Assembly: GCA_031422675.1 (NCBI GenBank) | Contig: JANPMG010000041.1 | Coordinates: forward strand, 7,166-71,165 | DNA length: 64,000 nt | Origin: Acidimicrobiia bacterium | GTDB taxonomy: Bacteria; Actinomycetota; Acidimicrobiia; IMCC26256; JAENVU01 | Reading direction: 5' to 3' | Shown here: piece by piece, positions 62,588 through 64,000 of the stretch | Layout: each line of letters starts with the position of its first letter | Numbering within the stretch: position 1 is the stretch's first letter | Notes under the pieces: generated by a model | Seen by the model: only the letters and a program-made list of their open reading frames with translations | What the model was told of the DNA's origin: nothing | The model's database searches: none | Translations under genes and position numbers: made by a program

Positions 62588-62631
62588 CCCGCCGTATCGG
62601 CATCGTGCGGTCTGATCTCAAGCGTCGTGGC

Positions 62632-63420
62632 TCACATTGAGTCGTACGCACCGGGTGCAGCGCCCGAGCCGACCGCGGCGCTCGAGGCGGCCGGGAGGGA
62701 GGGCGTCGATCCGTTCGTGAACTCCGCGCGCTTCAGGAGGGCATAGACCAGCGCGCTCAGACCGATGAGCATCTCGACCCATTCCGACATCGGGTTGAAC
62801 GTGCTGAGGATCCACGGCCCGTCGACGAAGTCGTTGATGGCGTCGAACCCCACGTACACGGCCATGAACACGAACCAGCCGAGCATTGGTCGAGGTACCG
62901 CGATCATCCGAAGTGAGCGCCATCGATTGGCGAGCAGGCCGGACAGGCCCGCGAGCACGAAGCCGAGGCGAAGCCACTCGGACTGGCCCCAAAGGCCGGC
63001 GAGGTTGTGGAGGTTGGTCTCGCCCTGGCGATTGATCTCTTTCCACGAGTCCGGCGTCTCGAAGAAGAACACCCACTGCCCCCAGGAGATCTCCTCCATC
63101 GCCACGACGAACAGGCCGGCCCCCAGTGCCAGCCAGTACCACCGCACCAGTCGCGGTTGCTCGCGCGATGACCCGGCCCGTGAGTCCGCCGGTGATCCGG
63201 CGCGCCCGATGCGCCGACCCAGCAGAAGTGCGAGAACGCTCGCGGTGAGAATCGAGATGAACGTGATGTTCTCGATCACCAGGTCCTCGCCCAGGATCCA
63301 TTGCGCCGGGCGACGCGTCAGCGGCACGAGGTAGAGCGCATGGAACCCGAGGGTGGCGAGCACCACCGCCGTGGTGAGGAGCGGCCCGTCGGCCAAGAAT
63401 CGGTACAAACGGTCTCGCAT
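62632..63420 (-). CDS. hypothetical integral membrane protein (262 aa)
   Basis: Six or seven hydrophobic segments with a conserved-looking EEISWGQW motif. No family recognised. Confidence 0.6.
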   Translation of the reverse strand: MRDRLYRFLADGPLLTTAVVLATLGFHALYLVPLTRRPAQWILGEDLVIENITFISILTASVLALLLGRRIGRAGSPADSRAGSSREQPRLVRWYWLALGAGLFVVAMEEISWGQWVFFFETPDSWKEINRQGETNLHNLAGLWGQSEWLRLGFVLAGLSGLLANRWRSLRMIAVPRPMLGWFVFMAVYVGFDAINDFVDGPWILSTFNPMSEWVEMLIGLSALVYALLKRAEFTNGSTPSLPAASSAAVGSGAAPGAYDSM

Positions 63421-63604
63421 CGCGTCACCCCCCGCCGGCGTCGTTCCGCATCCACACCGGGGCGAAATGGAAAGAACAGTCTACCTGGCTCGACTTGCCC
63501 GAATTGCGCGCTCAGCGCCAACCAGCGCAGTGGCTGCGCATCCGCTTGCCCTCTTACGCTCCCGACGATTGACCACCCCGAAACACCGTCGTCAGGAGCA
63601 AACG

Positions 63605-64000
63605 ATGACCGACACCACCTACCCGCGCAACGAAGTGGAGGCCGCGTTCCACGCGTTCGTCGCGGCCGGCGACTCCGGCGACTGGAGCCACTGGGCGGAT
63701 CTGCACACCGAGGACTGCGAATGGGTCGAGCATCATTTCGGCACCATCGTCGGTCGGGATGCGATCCGAGCCAAGATCATCGAACTCATGGCGCCGGTGC
63801 CCATGATGGAGTTCCCCGTCGAGTGGCACATGATCGACGGCAACCGGGTCGTGTTCTTCCCCTGGCAGCTACTCCCGGACCCGGCGGGCGGCGACACCGT
63901 CTACCGATTCGCGTGCATCACGATCCTCGAATACGCCGGCAACGGCGAGTGGTCACGCCAGGAGGACATCTACAACCCCGCCGAAGGCGAAGCTGTGGTC
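63605..64000 (+). CDS. SnoaL-like / NTF2-fold protein, 3'-truncated by the window edge
   Basis: ATG 63605 opens a frame that runs to the window end (132 codons): MTDTTYPRNEVEAAFHAFVAAGDSGDWSHWADLHTEDCEWVEHHFG... It is not in the ORF track because it has no stop. Confidence 0.6.
   Translation, partial: MTDTTYPRNEVEAAFHAFVAAGDSGDWSHWADLHTEDCEWVEHHFGTIVGRDAIRAKIIELMAPVPMMEFPVEWHMIDGNRVVFFPWQLLPDPAGGDTVYRFACITILEYAGNGEWSRQEDIYNPAEGEAVV

Overview
This is a high-G+C actinobacterial chromosome segment, an assignment supported by a mycothiol-type formaldehyde dehydrogenase, F420 cofC, imuA'/imuB, and gltX followed by tRNA-Gln and tRNA-Glu. It is densely coding on both strands. Most long ORFs in the six-frame track are GC-driven shadow ORFs, and about 60 look real.

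Content from left to right:
- imuB (partial) and imuA' with a LexA box.
- rnhB.
- A Tat-secreted phosphoesterase and a GH38 mannosidase.
- plsC-gpsA.
- cofC.
- A Lys/Ala-repeat histone-like protein.
- A long minus-strand block: Leu/Ile/Val leader peptide plus terminator, then leuB-ilvE-cimA-hyp-gltX-tRNA-Gln-tRNA-Glu.
- greA, leuCD, mscL, serA and an aminotransferase.
- A D,D-carboxypeptidase, a DEAD-box helicase and an OmpR/HK pair.
- mscR and an MBL hydrolase, split by an ECF sigma gene.
- A roughly 12-kb cell-envelope glycan locus: two glucosaminidase-like hydrolases, a GT-C enzyme, a methyltransferase, and a GT2 synthase with a GH26/Excalibur protein.
- A roughly 5-kb islet that looks lower in G+C, holding a RES-Xre toxin-antitoxin pair, a 611-aa orphan and a DUF222/HNH gene.
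- PPK2.
- An orphan anSME-like radical SAM enzyme.
- A second ECF sigma with an Asp/Ser-rich partner.

I saw no rRNA, CRISPR array, transposase, integrase or reverse transcriptase.

The best unannotated signals are:
- A candidate BCAA attenuator upstream of leuB.
- A duplicated translation-initiation region creating a uORF fused to the serA start.
- Two intergenic repeat families.
- A (CACGC)8 microsatellite in a divergent promoter.
- The RES-Xre/orphan cassette.

I cannot demonstrate a clearly novel multi-gene system from sequence alone. The islet cassette and the orphan radical SAM neighbourhood are the best candidates.
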